DNA from: a virus
Lineage: Duplodnaviria > Caudoviricetes
Length of the DNA: 57,744 nt
Virus record (IMG/VR): IMGVR_UViG_3300037245_001071
Location: 1 to 57,744 of that record
Reading direction: 5' to 3' (one strand)
The translations under genes and the position numbers were made by a program. Position 1 is the stretch's first letter. Every line of letters begins with the position of its first letter. Shown piece by piece: positions 1 through 7,530 of the stretch. The notes under the pieces were generated by a model. That model ran no database searches and was not told the DNA's origin. It saw only the letters and a program-made list of their open reading frames with translations.

Positions 1-16
1 ATCTGCCTTGGTAGAG
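1..16. repeat. Left terminal direct repeat ATCTGCCTTGGTAGAG (candidate cos cohesive end)
   Basis: Identical to 57729-57744. Contains an imperfect dyad TCTGCC-TT-GGTAGA centred on the 16-mer and lies just upstream of terS/terL. Confidence 0.85.
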
Positions 17-52
17 AGTTTTAAAAAAAAAGTGTAATTTTTGCAGCCACTT

Positions 53-143
53 TTGCAACGGTTCTAATAGTCAACAATAATAACTTGCAACGGCTGCAAC
101 GCAAATAAACATTATATTGCAACGCTTTTTTAATATCGCAACG
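53..143 (+). repeat. GCAACG repeat cluster (candidate terminase-binding, cosB-like sites)
   Basis: TTGCAACG at 53, 85 and 117 (32-bp period), plus GCAACG at 96 and 138. Confidence 0.65.
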
Positions 144-150
144 AAATTAT

Positions 151-158
151 TAACTTTG
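151..158 (+). promoter_or_regulatory. Bacteroidota-type -7 promoter element TAACTTTG
   Basis: Matches TAnnTTTG, 18 nt upstream of the first ORF. Confidence 0.55.
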
Positions 159-176
159 AATAAACAAACTTAGATT

Positions 177-365
177 ATGATTGATATAGGAGTTGGAGCC
201 GAAATAGAATTAAAAGATGGAATGCAGTACGAAATAATAGTAGCATATCCAGGTGGTTATTATGATTTAAAAGCCATGAAACCACAATTTGAATGGATGC
301 CTAATTTCTTTCCCGTTTATTATTCTATTCGATTAAATGAGTTTAAAATAATCAACCAGAAGTAA
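177..365 (+). CDS. hypothetical protein
   Basis: 62-aa ORF with A-rich leader, packed against the next gene. Confidence 0.6.
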   Translation: MIDIGVGAEIELKDGMQYEIIVAYPGGYYDLKAMKPQFEWMPNFFPVYYSIRLNEFKIINQK

Positions 366-372
366 ACAACCA

Positions 373-1035
373 ATGGCAAAAATAAAAGTAATATCACGAA
401 AAGAACTTATAGCGTTTACTAAAATAAACCCTACTACATTGCGCTCTCATATATATAGAGGCATTATAAAAGAAACTAAAGAAAAGGGTTTTATTAATGT
501 ATATAATGCTACTAATCAGGATTGGATAGTTGACCACTGCAGCAAAAAAGGAATTGATATTAGACCTATATTTAATCAGAACGGGGTAAGTGTTCCAAGA
601 AAAGAACAATCCGAACAGGCTAAAAAGGTATCTGAAACTTTAAAGAAAGAACAAGAAATACAATTACCAATAGTTTCAACTGAACACACCAGGTTAAGAG
701 ATTCAAAGCTAAGAGAAGAAATACAATCAAAGGAAATCGAAACACAACTTAAAAAACTCGAACTAGAAAAGAAAAAAGCAAAAGTATTGCCTACTGATTT
801 TGTTGTTGAGGTTTTAAGTAGTTACATAAAAACTAACATTGCCGGAATAAAAACCGATGGACATAAAACAATTGATTCAATAGTTGATGAATTAGGAGGT
901 GACCATTCGACTAAATTGAAGTTTAAAAAGCAATTTGATATTATGGTTAGTGATACTTTCAAAAATAACCATGAATCAATAACTAAAGAGGCTAAGAAAA
1001 AGGCTAAAAAGTATGCTGCTGATAGAAATTGGTAG
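373..1035 (+). CDS. terS: terminase small subunit (Nu1-like, putative)
   Basis: N-terminal wHTH-like segment, coiled coil (KLREEIQSKEIETQLKKLELEKKKAKVLP), position between the genome end and GpA-type terL. Confidence 0.7.
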   Translation: MAKIKVISRKELIAFTKINPTTLRSHIYRGIIKETKEKGFINVYNATNQDWIVDHCSKKGIDIRPIFNQNGVSVPRKEQSEQAKKVSETLKKEQEIQLPIVSTEHTRLRDSKLREEIQSKEIETQLKKLELEKKKAKVLPTDFVVEVLSSYIKTNIAGIKTDGHKTIDSIVDELGGDHSTKLKFKKQFDIMVSDTFKNNHESITKEAKKKAKKYAADRNW

Positions 1036-1051
1036 CGCAGCGTATGCCATT

Positions 1052-1178
1052 CAACGGCTCGTGTATGCTGCGTAGCCTGACGAAACGAGATATAAACCTT
1101 AAATAATATACAAATGATAAGCGAAATACAGAATGATAAAAGTAAAATGGCTATGCAGTATGACACATTGTTATGCGC
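1052..1178 (+). other. attC-like recombination hairpin 1
   Basis: CAAC-ggctc-GTGTATGCTGCGTAGCC (1052-1077) pairs imperfectly with GGCTATGCAGTATGACAC-att-GTTATGC (1149-1176). Confidence 0.7.
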
Positions 1179-1419
1179 TGCTATTTACAAAACACTTAAA
1201 GACAATTGGAGCGATTCAAGAATGTCTCAATTTGATGGCTTCTGGTATGGATACGATGCATTAAGCGACTGCCTGTATGAAGTAGGATACCCACAAGTAA
1301 CAGAGAAAGAAATGAAACACGCAATGCAGTATTTAGGAAAGAAAGGAGCGTGTGAGCTTAAACCGACTTATGATGAAGAGGGAAAGATAAATGGGCGTGG
1401 CTGGTTTAGTTGCGCATAA
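1114..1419 (+). CDS. cassette ORF 1, hypothetical (possible small winged-helix-like protein)
   Basis: 101 aa. The start lies inside hairpin 1 and the stop codon TAA lies within GCGCATAAC. Confidence 0.75.
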   Translation: MISEIQNDKSKMAMQYDTLLCAAIYKTLKDNWSDSRMSQFDGFWYGYDALSDCLYEVGYPQVTEKEMKHAMQYLGKKGACELKPTYDEEGKINGRGWFSCA

Positions 1420-1529
1420 CGCGTTCCAGCGTAAGCTGAGTCGCTACGGTTGGTGGAGCGTAGCGGAGGCAAGGAGTAGTGTACTCGGCTTCACATGCTG
1501 CGATTCAGTTTACGCTGTGTTAGCCAGCG
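1412..1529 (+). other. attC-like recombination hairpin 2
   Basis: GCGCATAAC, then CAGCGTAAGCTGAGTCGC (1427-1444) pairing with GCGATTCAGTTTACGCTG (1500-1517, 16/18), then GTTAGCC. Inner hairpin CGCTACG/CGTAGCG. Confidence 0.7.
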
Positions 1530-1578
1530 TGACAGAGAGGACAAAGTAAATATTAATAACACGTAAAAATAGAAAATT

Positions 1579-1755
1579 ATGGACAAAATGATTTTATTGT
1601 TAACGGACGTTGAGAATGGAACGGGTTGTAAGCCAACCATTCAGGATTTAGAACATTGGGAGCGTGAGGGCTATGTTTATAGAGCTTTCGAAACAAACGG
1701 ATGGATCACCTTAAGTAAGGTGGATGTCAAATTAGATGTACATTGTGGGTATTAA
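1579..1755 (+). CDS. cassette ORF 2, hypothetical 58 aa (MDKMILLLTDVENGTG...DVHCGY)
   Basis: Read by hand, below the ORF-track cutoff. A-rich leader aaaattATG. Confidence 0.6.
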   Translation: MDKMILLLTDVENGTGCKPTIQDLEHWEREGYVYRAFETNGWITLSKVDVKLDVHCGY

Positions 1756-1778
1756 TTTTCGCATGTGAGCTGGAACGC

Positions 1779-1854
1779 GTTAGCCATTCATAGTCACTAA
1801 AAACATGAGGAATCGAATGTTTTGTGACGTGCCTCGATGGCATGAATGGCTAAC
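1779..1854. repeat. ORF-less unit with perfect 13-bp terminal inverted repeat
   Basis: GTTAGCCATTCAT (1779-1791) / ATGAATGGCTAAC (1842-1854), enclosing a GTCAC..AAACAT / ATGTTT..GTGAC hairpin. Confidence 0.75.
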
Positions 1855-1912
1855 TCTTTCTTATATTTTCTTTTAATAACCAATTAAGTAGTAAACAATT
1901 AAACATTACAAA

Positions 1913-2719
1913 ATGTGCAAGATTGAATTATTTGAACAGGAATTAAGACTTTCAAAATCAGAGCAAACAATTACTGCTTATAAAAAACAATTCGAATTGT
2001 TTTTAGAATATTTTGAAGGTAAAGACTTGAGGTATTTATCATTAAATGCTATAAAAGAATACATTCTATTCCTGCATAATATCTACGGCTATTCTAGTAT
2101 TATACACGCCATATCTGCTGTTAAGTTTTATTATGCTAATTTGAATGGTAGAAAAAGACATTTAGACATTACACATCCAAAGAAACCTAAAACAATTCCT
2201 ACAGTATTAAGCTATGATGAAGTAATGAAAATGATTAATTTAACCATGAATTTAAAACATAGGGCAATAATTGAAACTATATTTTTTCATGGATTAAGAA
2301 GGTCTGAATTATTAAGCTTAAAAATAGACCACATAGATTCGCCAAATATGATTTTAAAAGTAATTCAATCTAAAGGATGTAAAGATAGAAATATTCCCTT
2401 ATCTAAAGATTGCTTGAATACATTAAGGTTATATTTTAACGCCTATAGACCAAAAAAATACTTGTTTAATGGTATCGAAAAAGAAAATAAATACTCTCCA
2501 ACTTCATTAGCTAATATAATTACTGAAGCTGCAAAAAGAGCAAAAATAAATAAGAATGTAACACCACATACTTTACGACATAGTTTTGCTAGTTATTTAG
2601 TTTCAATAAATATAAATCTAAAGAAAATTCAAGAATGGATGGGACACGCATCAATTAAAACTACTGAGATTTATTGCCATATAGTTTATGAAGAAAATCC
2701 AATTAAAAAAAGAGCATAA
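1913..2719 (+). CDS. tyrosine recombinase, IntI/XerD-related
   Basis: GLRRSE, SKGCKDR, HTLRHSFA, MGH and TTEIYCH catalytic motifs; IPTVLS; N-terminal SAM-like domain; no arm-binding domain. Confidence 0.95.
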   Translation: MCKIELFEQELRLSKSEQTITAYKKQFELFLEYFEGKDLRYLSLNAIKEYILFLHNIYGYSSIIHAISAVKFYYANLNGRKRHLDITHPKKPKTIPTVLSYDEVMKMINLTMNLKHRAIIETIFFHGLRRSELLSLKIDHIDSPNMILKVIQSKGCKDRNIPLSKDCLNTLRLYFNAYRPKKYLFNGIEKENKYSPTSLANIITEAAKRAKINKNVTPHTLRHSFASYLVSININLKKIQEWMGHASIKTTEIYCHIVYEENPIKKRA

Positions 2720-4851
2720 TGTTAGAACAATCAATAAAAAAAGTATTAGAGTCTATTTCTTTTAATACGGATTATTTGAGCCCGTCTGAATGGATTGAAA
2801 AAAATAGATACATACAGGAACATGTAAGCGAGCGCATGTTTGGAAAATTCGATTGGTCAAATGTTCCTTATATGAAGCAAATAACCGACCATTTAAGCCA
2901 ATATGATCCGGTTACTCACATTGCATTAATGAAAGGTGTAAGGATTGGCGGTACTTTTGCATTGGTCCATAATGGAGTTCCTTATATCATGAGTGAACGC
3001 CCTACTAACATAATGCTTTTATCTGCAAATGATACATTAGCTACAAGTACATTAAAAGGTGTTGATGATGGTATTGATGGTTGTAATATCCGTCATTTAG
3101 TTGGTAAAACCTCAGGAGCAAGAAGTAAATCAACGGGAGATACTTTAGAGCAAAAAATATTTAACGGTGGTTATGAGTTGTTTAATTTTGGCGGTCAAAG
3201 CATTAAGAATATGCGACAAAAAACAGCCGGTTTTGTTGCGGCTGATGAGCTAGACGCTTTTAAGGGTATTGATAAAATAGGAGGTAGCTTTTTAAAAGCC
3301 ATGGAGGATAGGGCCAGAAGTTTCGGGGAGGCAAAGAAAATAGTATATATTAGTTCGCCTTTATTGTTGATAAGTAGTCTTATTTACAAACTATATTTAC
3401 AAGGAAATCAAAATGTTTATTATTTACCGTGCCCTCAATGTGGTGAATATATTGAATTAGTTTGGAATGAAAGAAACATAAATAATACTCGTTATGGGGT
3501 TGTATTTGATGTGAGAAATGGGGAGGTAATAGAAAAAAGCGTAAGGTACCGGTGTGGAAAGTGTGAAAATGAGTTCTTTGAAAAGAAATACAAGCGCGAT
3601 ATGCTTAATAATGGCTATTGGAAAGAATCTATGGAACGTGAGAATAAACGTTTTGTAAGCTATCGCATTTCTGCATTATACGCACCTCCTACAATGGATA
3701 ATTGGTATGATTTTGCAAGGGATTATCAGGAAGCATTTCCGAGAGGTGGTACAAAAGATGATGCAGCATATCAGACATTTGAAAACTCTATATTAGGTTG
3801 GCCATACAAGCCAATAGGATATGTTTTAAAAACAACCGAATTACAAAAGAATAGAAGAGACTATAAAATAGGTGATTGTCCTTTTGAACTATCTAAAAAA
3901 GATAATAACGGGGAGATTGTAATAATAACTTTAGCTGCAGATTGCAATGGTTACGATTCGGACCCCGACTATGGAGACGATGCACGTATAGATTATGAGA
4001 TTTTGGGGCATTCAGAAAAACAAGTTACATACTCAGCAGATGCCGGAAGTTGTGGAACCTTCATTCCAAAAATAGAACTACGAGCGTTAAAAAAAGAGGG
4101 TGTTGATATTGGAAAATTAGAAAGAGCCAGGAAAAAGTACAGCTATAAGTTAGATGTTGAAAATTCAGTATGGGACCTACTCGAAGAAAAAATAAAACAA
4201 ACGTTTGGTACTCATGAAAGAAGAATTGATGTAATTGCAATTGATGTGGGCGGTAAGTTTGGCGAGTATGGAATGGAGTTCTGCAAGAAAATGATAAACA
4301 TGGGATATAATGTCCTTCCAATAAAAGGAGCAAATAAAGAAATATTTACAGGTAAGGAAAAAAATGAAACTGCTAGGATGTATCAGATGTCAGAAGATGG
4401 AGAGAAATTTTTAGTTAATGTGAATGTAATTAAAGACAATCTAGCAAAATACATTTTACTTAAAGATTACATTGATAAGGATGGACAATTACACCAACCT
4501 GAGCATTATTTAAACTTTCCGGAATATGACCCAAAAGCTAAAAAGTACACTTATAGAAACTATTTTGCACATTACGAAAGCGAAAGCAGAAAAGAGAAAA
4601 AAGCCGAGGGTATGCAGACTAGATATTTTTGGGAAAAGAAAAGACCCGACTCTCAGAATCACTATTTAGATACAGCTGTTTATAATCAGTTTATTCCTAT
4701 TTATCATGCTGATTTGATATGTAAAGCCGCTAATGATGCTAAGTTGGCGAATGGGAAAAAGATGTATTCTGATAAAATAGAGATTACATGGGAAAACACC
4801 TGCAGGTTAATTAAAGAATGGTATGCTAATAATAATTTACAAATGAGTTAA
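2719..4851 (+). CDS. terL: terminase large subunit, lambda GpA family
   Basis: SPSEW N-terminus, Walker A-like MKGVRIGGT, Walker B AADELD, ISSP coupling motif, CPQCG...CGKC zinc ribbon, NHYLD nuclease motif. Confidence 0.93.
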   Translation: MLEQSIKKVLESISFNTDYLSPSEWIEKNRYIQEHVSERMFGKFDWSNVPYMKQITDHLSQYDPVTHIALMKGVRIGGTFALVHNGVPYIMSERPTNIMLLSANDTLATSTLKGVDDGIDGCNIRHLVGKTSGARSKSTGDTLEQKIFNGGYELFNFGGQSIKNMRQKTAGFVAADELDAFKGIDKIGGSFLKAMEDRARSFGEAKKIVYISSPLLLISSLIYKLYLQGNQNVYYLPCPQCGEYIELVWNERNINNTRYGVVFDVRNGEVIEKSVRYRCGKCENEFFEKKYKRDMLNNGYWKESMERENKRFVSYRISALYAPPTMDNWYDFARDYQEAFPRGGTKDDAAYQTFENSILGWPYKPIGYVLKTTELQKNRRDYKIGDCPFELSKKDNNGEIVIITLAADCNGYDSDPDYGDDARIDYEILGHSEKQVTYSADAGSCGTFIPKIELRALKKEGVDIGKLERARKKYSYKLDVENSVWDLLEEKIKQTFGTHERRIDVIAIDVGGKFGEYGMEFCKKMINMGYNVLPIKGANKEIFTGKEKNETARMYQMSEDGEKFLVNVNVIKDNLAKYILLKDYIDKDGQLHQPEHYLNFPEYDPKAKKYTYRNYFAHYESESRKEKKAEGMQTRYFWEKKRPDSQNHYLDTAVYNQFIPIYHADLICKAANDAKLANGKKMYSDKIEITWENTCRLIKEWYANNNLQMS

Positions 4852-4873
4852 TTGTTTATTCATGAAAATGTCG

Positions 4874-4966
4874 TAAATTAGCTGTGTTGTTAAAAGATAA
4901 ATTTTTTTCATAGGTTAATTTAGTTAGTATTAAGGCTATCGTTTGGGTTACGGTAGCCTTTTTTTT
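4874..4966 (+). ncRNA. candidate ~80-nt small RNA (promoter-like TAAATTAG to intrinsic terminator)
   Basis: TTG-N19-TAAATTAG, then an ORF-less tract, then a hairpin with T-run. Confidence 0.4.
4932..4966 (+). terminator. intrinsic terminator
   Basis: AAGGCTATCGT / ACGGTAGCCTT stem followed by a T-run. Confidence 0.85.
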
Positions 4967-5088
4967 GTATCTATATGGGAACTATTACACATAAGAATCA
5001 ACTCAAACAATGATTTATATCATTGCACTAAAAAAATATAGTTCTGATATTTGTAATGTCATAAGACAATAACTAAAAATAAAAATCC

Positions 5089-5274
5089 ATGCTACCTTAC
5101 GAAGAAAAAGTAAAAAAATTACGAAAATTGAGCATAGCAGACTTATATGCACTGAATAATTTGTTTTGCGTTGAAAGTAACAAAACAACATTCGGCTTAA
5201 GTAAAGGTGATGTGTCATTAGTAGACAATGTACTAGGAGAAAAAATAAACGCATTATTCAATCAAATAACATAA
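5089..5274 (+). CDS. hypothetical protein
   Basis: ORF in a tightly packed + strand run. Confidence 0.55.
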   Translation: MLPYEEKVKKLRKLSIADLYALNNLFCVESNKTTFGLSKGDVSLVDNVLGEKINALFNQIT

Positions 5275-5277
5275 ATT

Positions 5278-5883
5278 ATGAAACCTATTCACTACATCAA
5301 AAAGTATAAGCTCAATATTGGCACCAATTTTAGTCACAATGAGTTTATACAAGACTTAACCACCGATTTTATCACACTTTTAGAAGTTGGTAAAACAAAT
5401 TCAGGTCAATACGTTTTAAAAGGCTTTGAAAACACCGTAAGAGCCATTAGAATGAAATGGGAGGGTATAAATAACAAAACTAGTGGAGAATTGCCTGAAA
5501 AGCTTTGGAAATACTTCTATGCAACTGTAATAGTTAAAATGCGTGAAGAATTATTTCCTGATGAAATGGCACGAAGAAAAGAAGAGCGTGAGGAAAGAAA
5601 AAGAGACAGGGAAAACTACCAGAAATGGCAAGATCAAGAATTTGGATTTAGCGATTACTTTTTTAATTTCTTTCATTCAATATTCAAATCGCAAAATACA
5701 ATCCCATCGAGTAGTTTTGATTTATTAGGCATTGGTTCAGATTCTAGTGAAACTGATATAAAACAATCCTATAGAACTTTAGCCAAAAAGCACCATCCAG
5801 ATGCGGGTGGTAATCCTAAAAACTTTATGGAAATTACAGAGGCAAAAAATAAATGTTTAACTTATTTGAAAAATAAATTATGA
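5278..5883 (+). CDS. C-terminal J-domain (DnaJ-like) protein
   Basis: LGI...IKQSYRTLAKKHHPDAGG...FMEITEA, with intact HPD motif. Confidence 0.88.
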   Translation: MKPIHYIKKYKLNIGTNFSHNEFIQDLTTDFITLLEVGKTNSGQYVLKGFENTVRAIRMKWEGINNKTSGELPEKLWKYFYATVIVKMREELFPDEMARRKEEREERKRDRENYQKWQDQEFGFSDYFFNFFHSIFKSQNTIPSSSFDLLGIGSDSSETDIKQSYRTLAKKHHPDAGGNPKNFMEITEAKNKCLTYLKNKL

Positions 5884-6092
5884 AAAAGAAAACCGAAAAA
5901 ACAAAAGAACCGATAGAATTGCAGTATTTCACACCAAATGGTGTAAATGTAACCGACCGTATAAAAGATGGTAGAACTACTTTAATGTTAGACCTGGAAG
6001 CTGCTGAAAAGGTAAAGAGTGACAAAAAGAGTTATCTATATCCGGTAACTGATTCGGATGGTAAATTTATTGGTTATGGAATCCCTAAATAA
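5880..6092 (+). CDS. hypothetical protein
   Basis: Start given by the ORF track overlaps the previous stop codon. Confidence 0.55.
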   Translation: MKKKTEKTKEPIELQYFTPNGVNVTDRIKDGRTTLMLDLEAAEKVKSDKKSYLYPVTDSDGKFIGYGIPK

Positions 6093-6099
6093 TTGAATT

Positions 6100-6318
6100 A
6101 TGAATAGAGCAGAGCACTTACAATGGAGTAAAGAAAGAGCAATTGAATATGTTGATAATGGAGATAATCAACAAGCTTTTGCAAGTTTCACTAGCGATAT
6201 GTCAAAGCATGATGAATTAGCAAATCATGTAGCATTACCATTAGGAATGATGTTGTTAATGGGTGGACAATTAAACAGTCCTGATCAAATGAAAGATTGG
6301 ATAAATGGATTTAATTAA
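6100..6318 (+). CDS. hypothetical phage protein
   Basis: 72 aa, MNRAEHLQWSKERAIEY...WINGFN. Confidence 0.65.
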   Translation: MNRAEHLQWSKERAIEYVDNGDNQQAFASFTSDMSKHDELANHVALPLGMMLLMGGQLNSPDQMKDWINGFN

Positions 6319-6324
6319 ATAATC

Positions 6325-6528
6325 ATGACTAAACAAGATTTTAAAGCTCACAAAATACAAGAGCTTCGCAACGAAATGTACATAGCTATCAAAATTTATA
6401 ATAAATATATGACAGATAGTTATTTGAACAACTTAAGCACTAAAGCCGTAATAGGTCAAACCAGCCCACTATATCGGGAAAAATGGCAAGATAAGTTTGA
6501 TAAACTTAATGAAACTAGCCATGAGTAA
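6325..6528 (+). CDS. hypothetical protein
   Basis: Packed ORF. Confidence 0.55.
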   Translation: MTKQDFKAHKIQELRNEMYIAIKIYNKYMTDSYLNNLSTKAVIGQTSPLYREKWQDKFDKLNETSHE

Positions 6529-6606
6529 AACTAAACCAAAAAAGAAAGACAAAGCTCGAGACAAGGAAAGAAAAGTAGTTCGTAAAATTAAAAATAAATA
6601 GTAAAC

Positions 6607-7113
6607 ATGGGAAGAGAATTAAGAATGGTTCCTGAAAATTGGGAACATCCAAAAAATGAAAATGGTAACGAAAAGCCATTATTAGGGGGTTCATTCACTA
6701 AAGAGCTTGCCGATTATAAAGAGGGAAAACAAAAGTGGAATGAAGGATTAAGAGAAAATTGGTTTCCAAAAAAAGATGAAAGCAAGTGGAATCCTAAATC
6801 AGAAGATGAACAAAAAATGAGCTGGGAGGAGTGGACCGGAGAAAAACCAGATAAGCAGGATTATATGCCAGAATGGAGTGATAAAGAAAAAACACACTTT
6901 CAAATGTATGAAACATGTACCGAAGGAACTCCAATAAGTCCGGTAATGGATTCCATTGAAAAACTTGCGCACTGGTTGGCAGATAATAAAGCAAGTGCCT
7001 TTGGTGATTCTACAGCAACTTATGACCAATGGTTAAATACGATCAAAGCCGGTTCTGCGGTATCTGCAATAATGACTAATGGTGTGATTGATTCAGGAGT
7101 TGCACACGCATAA
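6607..7113 (+). CDS. conserved hypothetical phage protein
   Basis: MGRELRMVP.WEHP...QMYETCTEGTPISP pattern, recognised as a recurring phage accessory family. Confidence 0.7.
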   Translation: MGRELRMVPENWEHPKNENGNEKPLLGGSFTKELADYKEGKQKWNEGLRENWFPKKDESKWNPKSEDEQKMSWEEWTGEKPDKQDYMPEWSDKEKTHFQMYETCTEGTPISPVMDSIEKLAHWLADNKASAFGDSTATYDQWLNTIKAGSAVSAIMTNGVIDSGVAHA

Positions 7114-7194
7114 TCGCTAAATTTAGCAAGTGGTTTGACAGTAAATTAAAATAGATTTGCACAATTAAAAACAATTCACGTACTTTGTACTAAC

Positions 7195-7344
7195 AAACAA
7201 GCGGATTAGAACACGCTTAATATAAATAAAGCAATGAGACAAGGGATTTTACATACTGAAATATTTGGAAGCGTGGCCTGCTTTATGCCCGTTCTAACTT
7301 CCAAGAAACTAGCTGCTTTACTTAATTGTAGAGTGGCTTTTTTT
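7195..7344 (+). promoter_or_regulatory. structured leader/attenuator with alternative pairings and terminator
   Basis: TTAGAAC/GTTCTAA, CACGCTT/AAGCGTG and TTGGAAG/CTTCCAA complementary pairs. Terminator AGCTGCTTTAC/GTAGAGTGGCT plus T-run at 7311-7344. Confidence 0.55.
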
Positions 7345-7530
7345 ATATCCAAAAACTTACATAGGGAGTCACTAGGTATCCTTCCAAAGCTGATTATATT
7401 GAGCTTAAACCAAAGACGTACGATAGAGCTAGTCATAACAACCGAAAGTGCATGCAATGATTTAACGGTATTATCATGCGACCTTAATAATGATTTGAGG
7501 GTTGTTTGTGGTAGGAATAACCTTTGCTAG
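7234..7530 (+). CDS. possible leader ORF crossing the attenuator (icd/ash-like position)
   Basis: 98-aa ORF of atypical composition that reads through the terminator; may not be coding. Confidence 0.3.
   Translation: MRQGILHTEIFGSVACFMPVLTSKKLAALLNCRVAFFISKNLHRESLGILPKLIILSLNQRRTIELVITTESACNDLTVLSCDLNNDLRVVCGRNNLC

Larger units (their letters stand above)
1036..2719 (+). mobile_element. integron-like cassette array plus tyrosine recombinase inserted between terS and terL
   Basis: Units with GTT...AAC inverted termini, long imperfect hairpins and an IntI-related recombinase. It interrupts the normally adjacent terminase pair. Confidence 0.7.

Noticed and set aside
1-16. Terminal repeat as attL/attR core of an excised prophage
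   Set aside because: There are no host flanks, it sits at the cos position next to terS, and the recombinase has its own hairpin sites. Less likely but not fully excluded.
53-143. CRISPR mini-array
   Set aside because: The repeats are only 6-8 nt and there are no cas genes.
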